Shown piece after piece: positions 1-9,086 of a DNA stretch of 64,000 bases (the stretch's first letter is position 1; the number at the start of each line of letters is the position of its first letter). This stretch comes from Planctomycetota bacterium. GTDB lineage: Bacteria; Planctomycetota; Planctomycetia; Pirellulales; Lacipirellulaceae. Under the pieces are notes generated by a model. It ran no database searches, was not told the origin of the DNA, and saw nothing but the letters and a program-made list of their open reading frames with translations. The stretch lies in NCBI GenBank assembly GCA_039190745.1, contig JBCCXZ010000010.1:15161-79160 (forward strand), written 5' to 3'. Both the position numbers and the translations under genes were made by a program.

Positions 1-855
1 TTCGCCACGTGCATCCCGCGCGAGCTGGACGTGCCGCTGCAGATCGCCAGCGGCGCGGCCTTGGCGGCTCCCAAAGACTTGGTGCCCTACCTGACGAACG
101 CGACGAAGGGATCGGTGCTGTTCATCGACGAGATTCACCGGCTGCCCAAAGCGGTCGAGGAATTCATGTACCCGGCGATGGAAGACTTCCGCATCGACAT
201 CACCCTGGGGGAAGGGGTGGGGGCGCGGACGACCAACATCGGCGTGCAGCCGTTCACACTCATCGGCGCCACGACGCGGAGCGGGCTGCTGTCGGCGCCG
301 CTCCGGGACCGGTTCCAGGTCCGCGAGCACCTCGACTTCTACTCTCTGGCAGAGTTGACCGAGATCGTCACCCGCAACGCAGCAAAGCTGTCGGCCCCGA
401 TCGACACAGAGGCCGCCGAGAAGATCGCCGCGTGCAGCCGGGGGACGCCCCGGATCGCCAACAACCGCCTGCGGTGGGTGCGGGACTACGCCACGAGCCG
501 GGCCAACGGGGCAGCAACCCTGGAGACGGCCACTGCGGCGCTACAGATGCTGGGCGTCGACCGGCTGGGGCTCGACCCGCAGGACCGGAAGTACCTGGAG
601 ACGGTCCACCGCGTGTTTGGCGGCGGCCCGGTGGGCGTCGAGGCGATCGCGCACACCATCAACACGGCTACCGACACGCTGACCGACGAGGTGGAGCCTT
701 TCCTCTTGAGGGCCGAGCTGGTGGTGCGGACCCCGCGCGGCCGGCGGCTGACCGCGGCGGCGTACGAACACCTCGGGCTCGCCCAGCCAGACCCGGAGGA
801 GGCTAGGCGCGAGCCCGAGATGCCTTTGTTCGACGAAGGCCCGAACGAAGGGTAG
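1..855 (+). CDS. ruvB: Holliday junction branch migration helicase RuvB (5' end outside window)
   Basis: Frame open from base 1; Walker B LFIDEIHRL, YPAMEDF, GATTRSGLLSAPLRDRF, RGTPRIANN, EPFLL...RTPRGR. Confidence 0.97.
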   Translation, partial: FATCIPRELDVPLQIASGAALAAPKDLVPYLTNATKGSVLFIDEIHRLPKAVEEFMYPAMEDFRIDITLGEGVGARTTNIGVQPFTLIGATTRSGLLSAPLRDRFQVREHLDFYSLAELTEIVTRNAAKLSAPIDTEAAEKIAACSRGTPRIANNRLRWVRDYATSRANGAATLETATAALQMLGVDRLGLDPQDRKYLETVHRVFGGGPVGVEAIAHTINTATDTLTDEVEPFLLRAELVVRTPRGRRLTAAAYEHLGLAQPDPEEARREPEMPLFDEGPNEG

Positions 856-859
856 CCGC

Positions 860-1867
860 CTACAGTCGGTCGCCGGGGATCATGCGACCGTCGGCCCGCG
901 AGGCGAGCAGCACGAGGACTTCAGGGTCGAGGTCCATCGAGATCGGCTCGACATGCCCATCCAGAAACACGAAGTGGCAGATCTGCGCGTGCTCGCTGCC
1001 GAACTTGGTGTTGGCGGGCTGGCCTGAAAGGTTGAGGTCTGGGTCAGATTCCGACTCGGGGTCGGAGTCGTCGAACCGCGTCTCGGGGAATCCGCCCTTC
1101 GTGCCGGCGAAGATGGTAGCGGGTGTGTCTCCGGCGAAGAACGCGGTGTCGCCCTGCCGGTAGTGGACCCGGCCCGGTTCGGCGTCGGGCGACTCGGGCG
1201 GGATGTGGCGCTCGCCGACGGCGATGGTGTTGGAGAGGCCGTCGGTCACACGGCGGGCCGGGACCTTGGAGCTGGTGTGGATCGGGCCCGCGAGGTCTTC
1301 GTCCTGATCGACCAAAGGCACGGCCGGCTGACCGGTGTTTCGGTTAACGGTGCCGAAAAGGTAGTGCCGGCCGGCGTTGGCCGCGTAGTCGCCGCCCGCC
1401 GCGAGGCCTTGCACCTTGGACGGGGCGTCGTCGTCGTCAAAGTCGCGATCGGCTTCGGCGATGCGGCGGCTCGGGCAGTAGTACACCTCGACCGCGGTGC
1501 GCATCGCGGTGGCGTTGTCGATGTCGTCGACCCGTTTGGTGTCGTCGTGGGCGTCGACGATATTCTGCTGCTCCATGTAAGGCAGAATCACAAAGGCCCA
1601 GGAGACGCCGAACTGATCGAACCGCTCGCGGCCGGGCGGGAAGTTGCCGCGTGCGTCGTGGTAGGTCTGCACCGCCAGGCCCATTTGGCGGAGGTTGTTG
1701 ATGCACTGGGTCCGCCGGGCCGACTCGCGGGCGGACTGGATTGCCGGAAGCAGCAGCGCTACCAGGATGCCGATGATGGCGATCACCACCAGCAACTCGA
1801 CCAGGGTAAACGCGTGCCGCCTGAGGCGCGGGGGGCTGAAACGAACGTTCCTCGGAAAACCATTCAT
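860..1867 (-). CDS. DUF1559 family prepilin-type N-terminal cleavage/H-X9-DG protein
   Basis: [35 protein letters not shown]-terminus, [19 protein letters not shown] and C-terminal [14 protein letters not shown]. Confidence 0.95.
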   Translation of the reverse strand: MNGFPRNVRFSPPRLRRHAFTLVELLVVIAIIGILVALLLPAIQSARESARRTQCINNLRQMGLAVQTYHDARGNFPPGRERFDQFGVSWAFVILPYMEQQNIVDAHDDTKRVDDIDNATAMRTAVEVYYCPSRRIAEADRDFDDDDAPSKVQGLAAGGDYAANAGRHYLFGTVNRNTGQPAVPLVDQDEDLAGPIHTSSKVPARRVTDGLSNTIAVGERHIPPESPDAEPGRVHYRQGDTAFFAGDTPATIFAGTKGGFPETRFDDSDPESESDPDLNLSGQPANTKFGSEHAQICHFVFLDGHVEPISMDLDPEVLVLLASRADGRMIPGDRL

Positions 1868-2072
1868 CTCGGGGTCCTCGGGGAGAGGTTTGTCAGCAGC
1901 CCAGACGGAATGCGGGGTTCGGGCTACTGGGGAGGAGCCTCGCGGTGCGTCGACTGCGACAGCTTTGCGAGGCGTACATTGCCTGGACGGGGGCTTGGCG
2001 GGGGGACGATATGTCGGGAATTTATTGTACGGTTCGCCTGTCGACCGGGTCCACTACCCAGCGGTAGGCTGG

Positions 2073-2101
2073 TTGACCAAGGCGGGGGCTGGCGGTAGAC
2101 T
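2073..2101 (+). promoter_or_regulatory. Putative sigma70 promoter for rpmF-fab operon
   Basis: TTGACC-N17-TAGACT about 60 nt upstream of the rpmF ATG. Confidence 0.55.
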
Positions 2102-2160
2102 GCCGCGTTTTCCCGCAAACTATCGCCCTCAATGGGTCGGCGGTCTCCGCCGGAAGCGTC

Positions 2161-2340
2161 ATGGCCGTTCCCAAACGCAAGCACTCCAACTCCCGCAGCG
2201 GCAAGCGTCGGTCGCACGACGCCCTCAAAGCCAAGAAGCTGCAAACGTGCCCGCGTTGCGGCGTCGCGACTCCCTCGCACGTGATCTGCGCCAACTGCGG
2301 CTACTACATGGGGCGGACCTTCGTCGAGACCGACGAGTAA
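2161..2340 (+). CDS. rpmF: 50S ribosomal protein L32 (Zn-ribbon form), missing from ORF track
   Basis: Manual translation MAVPKRKHSNSRSGKRRSHDALKAKKLQTCPRCGVATPSHVICANCGYYMGRTFVETDE; position ahead of fab genes. Confidence 0.96.
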   Translation: MAVPKRKHSNSRSGKRRSHDALKAKKLQTCPRCGVATPSHVICANCGYYMGRTFVETDE

Positions 2341-2507
2341 CCGGTCCGGCATCGGTCGAGGCCGATCGGCAGCCGGGTTCCCGCGCACCCGGGCGGTGCG
2401 CTCGAACCATCGCCGCCTGCTGCGGCGTGGATGCTGACCACGTTTCCTCAGTGTGACTCTCAGAGAACCCGGCACGCGATTACCGTCCGGGTCGCAAGGA
2501 TGGCGCC

Positions 2508-3443
2508 GTGAGTGAGACCGCGTTCCTTTTTCCCGGGCAAGGGGCCCAGTACGTGGGGATGGGGCAAGCCCTGGCTGAGGCGCCTGCGTGCCGCGTGTTG
2601 TTCGACCGTGCCGCAGAGGTGCTCGGGTACGACCTGCTCAAGCTCTGCACCGAGGGACCGCAAGAACAGCTCAACGCGACCGTGCATAGCCAGCCCGCGC
2701 TGTTCGTCACGAGTTTGGCAGCATTGGAGCAGCTGAAAGCAGACCAGCCGGAAGCGGTCGCGGCTTGCAAGATGGCCGCGGGGCTGAGCCTGGGCGAGTA
2801 TACAGCATTGGCGTTCGCAGGGGCGCTGAGTTTCGAGGACGGGCTGAAACTGGTGCAAGAACGCGGCGCCGCCATGCAGGCGGCCTCCGACGCCACGCCC
2901 AGCGGCATGGTCAGCGTGCTCGGCCTGGAACGCGACAAGGTGGAAGAGCTTTGCGCACAAGCCCGCGAGGGCGGCGTCTTGCAGGTGGCGAACCTGCTCT
3001 GCCCGGGAAACATCGCCGTCTCGGGAGACAAAGACGCCTGCGAGCGCGTGACCGGCCTAGCCGAAGAAGCGGGGGCGATGAAGGTCATCCCGCTGGCGGT
3101 AGCGGGGGCGTTCCACACGCCAATCATGCAGCCGGCCTACGAGCGGCTTCAGGCTGCGGTTGCCGAGACCGAAATCCTGGCGCCGCGGGTGCCGGTGGTC
3201 TCGAACGTCGACGCCCGGCCGCATACCGACCCGGCAGAGATCCGCGAGCTGCTGGTCAAGCAGCTTGTTTCGCCGGTGCTGTGGGAAGACTCGGTCCGCT
3301 GGATGCTCGCGCCGGCGGGTGGAGAGGGCAACGGTGAGGGAGGCGGCATCGAGGGCTTTTTTGAGATCGGCGCCGGCAAGGTATTGCGTGGTCTCTTGAA
3401 GCGCATCGCCCGCAAGACGCCCTGCGAGACGATCGCGGCCTAG
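2508..3443 (+). CDS. fabD: Malonyl-CoA:ACP transacylase
   Basis: FPGQGAQ, GLSLGEY active-site Ser, AGAFHT, PVLW, EIGAGKVL. Confidence 0.96.
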   Translation: MSETAFLFPGQGAQYVGMGQALAEAPACRVLFDRAAEVLGYDLLKLCTEGPQEQLNATVHSQPALFVTSLAALEQLKADQPEAVAACKMAAGLSLGEYTALAFAGALSFEDGLKLVQERGAAMQAASDATPSGMVSVLGLERDKVEELCAQAREGGVLQVANLLCPGNIAVSGDKDACERVTGLAEEAGAMKVIPLAVAGAFHTPIMQPAYERLQAAVAETEILAPRVPVVSNVDARPHTDPAEIRELLVKQLVSPVLWEDSVRWMLAPAGGEGNGEGGGIEGFFEIGAGKVLRGLLKRIARKTPCETIAA

Positions 3444-3493
3444 ACCGTCAGCACAACAACAAATCAACACTAGCTGAGACGGAGTAACCAATC

Positions 3494-4264
3494 ATGGCGG
3501 ACGAAGCCAACCGCAGGGTGCAAGTCGACCTGTCGGGCAAGACGGGCCTGGTGACCGGGGCGTCCCGCGGCATCGGCAAGGGCATCGCGGTCGCGCTGGG
3601 CGCGGCCGGCTGCAAGGTGGCCTGCCTGGCACGGAACGAAGACAAGCTCAAGGAAACCGTCGGCGAAATCGAAGCGGCCGGCGGCTCGGCCACGGCCTTC
3701 GTGTGCGACGTGACCGACTCCGAGGCGGTACAGAAGGTGTTCGACCAGCTCGTCGAAGAGTGGGAGAAGCTTGACATTGTCGTCAACAACGCCGGCATCA
3801 CCCGCGATACGCTGATCCCGCGGATGAGCGACGAGGAGTGGGACGACGTGATCCAGGCCAACCTGCGGTCGGTGTTCCTCTGCACGCGGGCGGCTTCGCA
3901 GGCGATGATGCGGAAGCGGGTCGGGCGGATCATCAATATCTCCAGCGTCTCGGGCCTGATGGGCAACCCCGGGCAGTCGAACTACTCCGCCTCGAAGGCG
4001 GGCATCATCGGCTTCACGCAGACGGTGGCCCGCGAGCTGGCCGGGCGGAAGATCACGGTGAACGCGATCTGCCCTGGCTTCATCTCCAGCGACATGACCG
4101 ACGCCTTGGGCCCGGCGCTGGCGGACGAGGTCAAGAAGCGCGTCCCCGCCAAGCGTTTGGGCGAAGTGGAGGAGATCGCCGACGCGGTGCTGTACCTGTC
4201 GAGCGACTCGGCGGCGTACATCACGGGGCAAGTGCTCACGATCGACGGCGGCCTGACGGCCTAA
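3494..4264 (+). CDS. fabG: 3-oxoacyl-ACP reductase
   Basis: TGASRGIG, NNAGITRD, YSASK, fab operon context. Confidence 0.96.
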   Translation: MADEANRRVQVDLSGKTGLVTGASRGIGKGIAVALGAAGCKVACLARNEDKLKETVGEIEAAGGSATAFVCDVTDSEAVQKVFDQLVEEWEKLDIVVNNAGITRDTLIPRMSDEEWDDVIQANLRSVFLCTRAASQAMMRKRVGRIINISSVSGLMGNPGQSNYSASKAGIIGFTQTVARELAGRKITVNAICPGFISSDMTDALGPALADEVKKRVPAKRLGEVEEIADAVLYLSSDSAAYITGQVLTIDGGLTA

Positions 4265-4333
4265 ACCCATGCCCAAGGCCGCCGATCGGCCGTGGGCGGT
4301 GACCTGGACACCAAATCGTCAAACCGCTATCTC

Positions 4334-4363
4334 TTGACCTCGTTTACGGAATCGCTCTATTTT
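4334..4363 (+). promoter_or_regulatory. Putative internal promoter for acpP-fabF
   Basis: TTGACC-N18-TATTTT in the fabG-acpP spacer. Confidence 0.4.
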
Positions 4364-4577
4364 TAACCGCTTGCACAGAGCCGCAGGGACGGGTTTTCCG
4401 GCGATCCGATGGAGTGGATGAAGCGCCCCACGGGCGCGTTACGCATAACCTTCCAACAGATAAGCACTCACCCCACGCACGCAACGTGCGGCTCGGGCCC
4501 CGCCTGAGCCAGAGTTTTCAAGTCAAACAACTAGACAAATCATCGGTATCCCAGGGATACGAAGGAGGACCGATATC

Positions 4578-4817
4578 GTGGCCTCAGTCATGGAACGCGT
4601 CACCGACATCGTCTCGGAGCAACTCGGTGTCGAGAAGGACAAGATCAGCGCAGAAACGTCGTTTGTAAACGACCTCGGGGCGGACTCGCTCGATACGGTC
4701 GAGCTGGTAATGGAGCTCGAAGAGGAGTTCGACGTGAACATCCCCGACGACGCGGCTGAGAAGATCCAGACCGTCGGCCAGGCGGTCGAGTTTATCGAGC
4801 AGAACTCCGGCGGCTGA
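4578..4817 (+). CDS. acpP: Acyl carrier protein
   Basis: [31 protein letters not shown] before GTG. Confidence 0.97.
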   Translation: MASVMERVTDIVSEQLGVEKDKISAETSFVNDLGADSLDTVELVMELEEEFDVNIPDDAAEKIQTVGQAVEFIEQNSGG

Positions 4818-4913
4818 GAGGGCGCGCAACGGGTCCCGGCGGGCGGACCGCCCGCTTGAGTGTTTCCTGCCGCCGCCGTGCGGGACGCCCGAATCTATGC
4901 GTGATGGAATGCC

Positions 4914-6152
4914 ATGAAGCGACGTGTTGTCGTCACAGGCGTCGGCGCCGTGACCGGCTTGAGCTGCAAGGTGGAAGACCTGTGGCAGAAAGTGCTGGCC
5001 GGTAAGAGCGGCGTCCACAAGATCGAACACTTCGACACGACCGACCACAAGGTGGACTTCGCCGGCGAGGTCCTCAACTGGTCGGCCGACGGGTACGTCA
5101 CCCCCAAAGAGGCAAAGCGGCTCGACCGCTTCGTGCAGTTCGGGCTTGTGTCGGCGATCGACGCGGTGACCGACAGCGGGCTCGACTTCGAGAAGGAAGA
5201 CGTCACCCGGTGCGGGGCCATGGTCGGCTCGGGCATCGGGGGGCTGAACGAGATCGAAGAGCAGGAGCGTCGGTTGATCCACAAGGGTCCCGACAAGGTT
5301 TCGGCGTTCACGATCCCCAAGCTGATGCTCAACGCGGCGAGCGGGCACGTCTCGATCCGCTACGGCCTGAGGGGCCCGAACCACGCGATCGCGACCGCCT
5401 GCGCCAGCGCCACCAACGCGATGGCCGACGCCTTCCGGGCGATCCAGCACAACGACGCCGACGTGATGATCACCGGCGGAAGCGAGGCGGCCCTGACGCC
5501 GATCGGGTTGTCGGGCTTTGCCAACATGAAGGCCCTCTCCACGCGGAGCGACGCCCCGCAAGAGGCGAGCCGGCCGTTCGACGCCGACCGCGACGGGTTC
5601 GTCCTCTCCGAGGGCGCGGGCATCCTGGTGTTCGAAGAACTCGAGCACGCCCAGAAGCGCGGCGCCAACATCTACGGCGAGGTGCTCGGCGTGGGCGCCA
5701 GCGCCGACGCGGGGCACATCACGCAGCCCGATTCCCACGGCACCGGCGCCGCGGCGGCGATGGCGGGGTCGCTGAAAGACGCGGGGATCAACCCCGACGC
5801 CATCGACTACGTGAACGCCCACGGCACGAGCACGCCGCTGGGCGACAAGGCGGAGACGACCGCCATCAAGCGTGTGTTCGAGGACCACGCCTACCAGATG
5901 AACGTCTCGAGCACCAAGAGCCACCTCGGCCACCTGCTGGGGGCGAGCGGCGGCGTCGAGGCGATCTTCTCGCTGCTAGCGATACGCGACGGCGTCTGCC
6001 CGCCGACGATCAACCTCGAGACGCCCGACCCCGAGTGCGACCTCAACTACACGCCCAACACGCCGCAGGAGCGGTCGCTGGAGCGGGTGATGAGCAACAG
6101 CTTCGGCTTCGGCGGGCACAACGCGACGATTGTGCTTGGGAAGCTCAGCTGA
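4914..6152 (+). CDS. fabF: Beta-ketoacyl-ACP synthase II
   Basis: TACAS, NAHGTST, KSHLGHLLGA (intact Cys-His-His), SNSFGFGGHN. Confidence 0.97.
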   Translation: MKRRVVVTGVGAVTGLSCKVEDLWQKVLAGKSGVHKIEHFDTTDHKVDFAGEVLNWSADGYVTPKEAKRLDRFVQFGLVSAIDAVTDSGLDFEKEDVTRCGAMVGSGIGGLNEIEEQERRLIHKGPDKVSAFTIPKLMLNAASGHVSIRYGLRGPNHAIATACASATNAMADAFRAIQHNDADVMITGGSEAALTPIGLSGFANMKALSTRSDAPQEASRPFDADRDGFVLSEGAGILVFEELEHAQKRGANIYGEVLGVGASADAGHITQPDSHGTGAAAAMAGSLKDAGINPDAIDYVNAHGTSTPLGDKAETTAIKRVFEDHAYQMNVSSTKSHLGHLLGASGGVEAIFSLLAIRDGVCPPTINLETPDPECDLNYTPNTPQERSLERVMSNSFGFGGHNATIVLGKLS

Positions 6153-6263
6153 TTGCGGAGTTCGGAATCGCCTGGGTGAAGCGCGCCCTTCAGGGACATA
6201 TCTAGCCAGAGCCGTTCCCTGTCTTCTGAGCTGCAGCAAGCCTTCGTCGCTTTGACCGTTTTC

Positions 6264-6584
6264 TTAGGAAGCAGACTCTCGCACTGCGTTGAGGATGTCC
6301 GACACCGGCAACTCGCCTTTAGTGTTGGCCGACTTGCTCCACACTACCTCCTGCCAGGTGTCAGGAGATTTGCGCGACTCGGACCGCTGCAACAAGTACT
6401 CGCGATCGCGACCGTCGAAGACGACCCTAAGTCGCACGCCTCCACATCGCATTGTAACGCTCCAAGAGCCGAAAGACTCGTAGGAGTATGTGTGCGCGCA
6501 GAGCTGAGCTGGTAGTCCCTTCAGTGCATCGCACAGAGTCGACATTTCCTGAAAGTGCCGAGTGGGATAGTCCAGTGCATCCAT
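6264..6584 (-). CDS. Small hypothetical protein (106 aa), atypical codon usage
   Basis: MDALDYPTRHFQEMSTLC...YSYESFGSWSVTMRCGGVRLRVVFDGRDREYLLQ; lower-GC look; the longer 238-aa track ORF runs through repeats and overlaps the toxin. Confidence 0.55.
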   Translation of the reverse strand: MDALDYPTRHFQEMSTLCDALKGLPAQLCAHTYSYESFGSWSVTMRCGGVRLRVVFDGRDREYLLQRSESRKSPDTWQEVVWSKSANTKGELPVSDILNAVRESAS

Positions 6585-6638
6585 CGAGAGTGCTTGGGCT
6601 GATCGGTTAGTTATTGGTGGGGAACAGACCAGGGGTGG

Positions 6639-6700
6639 CACCGACTGTCGGCCGCGAACAGAGCTGCCTCCGAACGAACTCTGTCGGCCGATTGTCGGTG
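6639..6700. repeat. Imperfect inverted repeat, possibly a degenerate REP-like element
   Basis: CACCGACTGTCGGCCGCGAACAGAG...CTCTGTCGGCCGATTGTCGGTG, preceded by GGGGTGG as in the adjacent REP family. Confidence 0.5.
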
Positions 6701-6751
6701 TGCGCAGCGCAGGAGGCAATCCGGCTAGCCCTATGCCACGAACATGCTCAC

Positions 6752-6818
6752 GGGTGGCACTGGCGTCTCGCCAGTGCTTTCTTGCGGGTTCTGCACTGGC
6801 AAGATGCCAGTGCCACCC
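6752..6818. repeat. REP doublet (REPIN-like), family A copy 1
   Basis: GGGTGGCACTGGCGTCTCGCCAGTGC + 15-nt spacer TTTCTTGCGGGTTCT + GCACTGGCAAGATGCCAGTGCCACCC; each arm is GTGG plus a hairpin. Confidence 0.9.
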
Positions 6819-6846
6819 AGAAGAGACACTTCGCAGCTTCCACGGG

Positions 6847-7176
6847 CTAAGGCTCAGCCAACTCCTCAGCTTGCAGAGGCGGTTGCCCATGACCTCGGAT
6901 GCGGAGGATGGTGACCTCATCGTCTTCGACCAGGTAGACGGCAAGGTAGGTGTTGCCTTGGGTCGTCTTGAATGGAGCACTGCGTAACCCCCGCCTCAGC
7001 CACGGTTCTTCTAACGCGGGGCCGTAGATCATGGGGTTCTCAGCTAGCCTCGCCTTCATCGCCTCGAACGCATCCTCCCACCGGAGTGCACCTTCCAACG
7101 ACCTCTGAGCGATGTAATCAAACTGCTCTTCGAAATCTTGCGCCGCGGCAGGGTGGATGCGGACGGCGTAGCTCAC
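6847..7176 (-). CDS. RelE/ParE family type II toxin
   Basis: MSYAVRIHPAAAQDFEEQFDYIAQRS...LAENP...AVYLVEDDEVTILRIRGHGQ; GTGA overlap with upstream small gene. Confidence 0.85.
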   Translation of the reverse strand: MSYAVRIHPAAAQDFEEQFDYIAQRSLEGALRWEDAFEAMKARLAENPMIYGPALEEPWLRRGLRSAPFKTTQGNTYLAVYLVEDDEVTILRIRGHGQPPLQAEELAEP

Positions 7177-7406
7177 TTGCCGCCTTCTGCGCGGGCCGCA
7201 CGCCTTGCGGCTAAAAACTCGTCGACCGGCACGCCCCGTTCGCCGGCGTCGTAGGAAGCGAGCCGCTCTCGGAGAACCGCGATCTCGGCGGGGTCCACTT
7301 CCTTCCACTGTCGGAAGATGTCGTCGAGGGTGAGTTGGTCGCCGTGCTGCGCCGCGAGGCGTCTGGCGAACTCGGTGAATCCCTCAATTTGCTCGGTGAT
7401 CGTCAT
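7173..7406 (-). CDS. Putative antitoxin (77 aa)
   Basis: Small acidic ORF translationally coupled to the ParE-like toxin; C-terminal LASYDAGERGVPVDEFLA typical of such partners. Confidence 0.75.
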   Translation of the reverse strand: MTITEQIEGFTEFARRLAAQHGDQLTLDDIFRQWKEVDPAEIAVLRERLASYDAGERGVPVDEFLAARRAARAEGGK

Positions 7407-7459
7407 GCAGTGAAGGATAACACCGAACCCATTAGAGGGTCAAAATAAGCCGTAATGAC

Positions 7460-7526
7460 GGGTGGCACTGGCGTCTCGCCAGTGCAGAACCCTCAGCAAA
7501 GCACTGGCAAGATGCCAGTGCCACCC
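7460..7526. repeat. REP doublet (REPIN-like), family A copy 2
   Basis: Arms identical to 6752-6818; 15-nt spacer AGAACCCTCAGCAAA. Confidence 0.9.
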
Positions 7527-7655
7527 AGCCATCCTACGGCGTGCCTGGTTGGGGCCGCCGCCCCCCTGCTAGCACCCCGCCGTTCGGCGTTGTGACGCCC
7601 TTGCGCCGCTTCTATACTCCTCGCCCCTTATTTGGCGCCACGTGAGGAGTGCGGT

Positions 7656-8903
7656 ATGCGAGTTCGAACCACAGCGATGTCCGCCCTGTTGATGCTGTCC
7701 GCGGCGACCGCTTCCGCGCAGTTCCCCCCATCCCAACCTGGGGCGAGCAACTGGCGTTCGGCGACCGACAACGCTGCTGGTCCCGGCAACTCACCCTTCG
7801 CGCAGCCGGCTCCGCAACAAGCGACGCAGCCGGGCAGGCAGGCCGCCGCGCCGCCGCAGCAACAGCCGCCGCAGCCCACGCGGGCCCGCGTGACGAAGGG
7901 CTCCGGCCAGTTGCCCAACGAGCACGGGCAGGTGTGGCGCGACTACGACATCACGCCCTACACGCTCCGCGTGCAGAACGCGTCGCAGCCGGAGCAGGCG
8001 ATCGTCGACTGGATTCTCCGCGAGACCGGCTACGAGGCGTGGCACTCCAAGCCGCTGGGCCTGTTGAGCGCCGACACCAAGACGCTCCGAGTATACCACA
8101 CGCCGCAGATGCAGTCGATTGTCGCCGACATCGTTGACCGCTTTGTGAACAGCCGCGCCGAGAGCCACAGTTTTGGGCTGCGGATTGTGACCGTCGATAA
8201 CCCAAACTGGCGTGCCCGGGCGCTGCCGTTGATGACGCCTATCCCCGTGCAGTCGCCGGGCGTGCAGGGGTGGATCCTCGCGAAGGAAGACGCGGCGTTG
8301 ATGATGGCCGAGATGCGCCGCCGGGGCGACTACCGCGAGCACAACCCGCCGCACCAGATGGTGCTCAACGGCGAGTCGCTGGTGGTCTCTTCGATGCGGA
8401 ACCGCTCGTACACGAAGGGCGTGATCCGGACGCAGGCGGCCTGGCCCGGTTATCAGCCGGAGTTGGGCCAGCTCGAAGAAGGGTTCTCGCTGGAGTTCAG
8501 CCCGCTGATGTCGCTCGACTCGCGGACCACCGACGGGGTGGTGAAAGTGCGGCTGGCGCAGGTGGAGAAGATGCTTCCGGTGAAGCTGGAGGTGGCGAGC
8601 ACGGTGGCGCCCAATCAGCGGACCGAGGTGCAGGTGCCTCAGATGACGCAGGTGCAGGTGCACGAGCGTTTCCGGTGGCCGACCGACCAAGTGTTGCTCT
8701 TGAGCATGGGCGTGGTGGCGACGCCGGGGCCGGCGAAGCCGAACATGCTGACCGACGTGGTGCCGATGCTAAACACGGCCCCGCGGGCCGACGCGCTGCT
8801 GTTCGTGGAGAGCAAGGGCCCGGTGGCCCCGCCGACCGCCGGCGGCGTGAGCCCCGCGGTGACGGCCAGCCGGCCGGAGCAGACCTACCACGGGCGGTAC
8901 TAA
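7656..8903 (+). CDS. Exported hypothetical protein with possible secretin-like C-terminal domain
   Basis: GAGGAG RBS, signal peptide (ATASA-Q), P/Q-rich linker, HQMVLNGE...GFSLEFSPLMSLD segment reminiscent of secretin beta domains. Confidence 0.6.
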   Translation: MRVRTTAMSALLMLSAATASAQFPPSQPGASNWRSATDNAAGPGNSPFAQPAPQQATQPGRQAAAPPQQQPPQPTRARVTKGSGQLPNEHGQVWRDYDITPYTLRVQNASQPEQAIVDWILRETGYEAWHSKPLGLLSADTKTLRVYHTPQMQSIVADIVDRFVNSRAESHSFGLRIVTVDNPNWRARALPLMTPIPVQSPGVQGWILAKEDAALMMAEMRRRGDYREHNPPHQMVLNGESLVVSSMRNRSYTKGVIRTQAAWPGYQPELGQLEEGFSLEFSPLMSLDSRTTDGVVKVRLAQVEKMLPVKLEVASTVAPNQRTEVQVPQMTQVQVHERFRWPTDQVLLLSMGVVATPGPAKPNMLTDVVPMLNTAPRADALLFVESKGPVAPPTAGGVSPAVTASRPEQTYHGRY

Positions 8904-8917
8904 GCGCAAGTTCTATT

Positions 8918-8990
8918 GGTGCTATGCCCACGCTCGCGTGGGCATGGCCAATCGTGGTTCTCATGCCCACGCGAGCGTGGGCATGGCACC
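8918..8990. repeat. REP doublet (REPIN-like), family B
   Basis: GGTGCTATGCCCACGCTCGCGTGGGCATG + 15-nt spacer + CATGCCCACGCGAGCGTGGGCATGGCACC. Confidence 0.88.
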
Positions 8991-9086
8991 GAGCCTACTG
9001 CTCTGCCTGCCTAGAGCCCGGCGTGCCGAAGCGGTAAGCTGTCGGTTTGCTCAGAAGCCGACCCGCCTCTCCCATACCGACCGGCT

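Noticed and set aside
6585..6980. N-terminal extension of the 238-aa track ORF 6264-6980
   Set aside because: Reads through the REP doublet and overlaps the toxin gene; ATG 6584 is more plausible.
6752..8990. Repeated palindromes as a CRISPR array
   Set aside because: Inverted doublets, not direct repeats with regular unique spacers; no cas genes.
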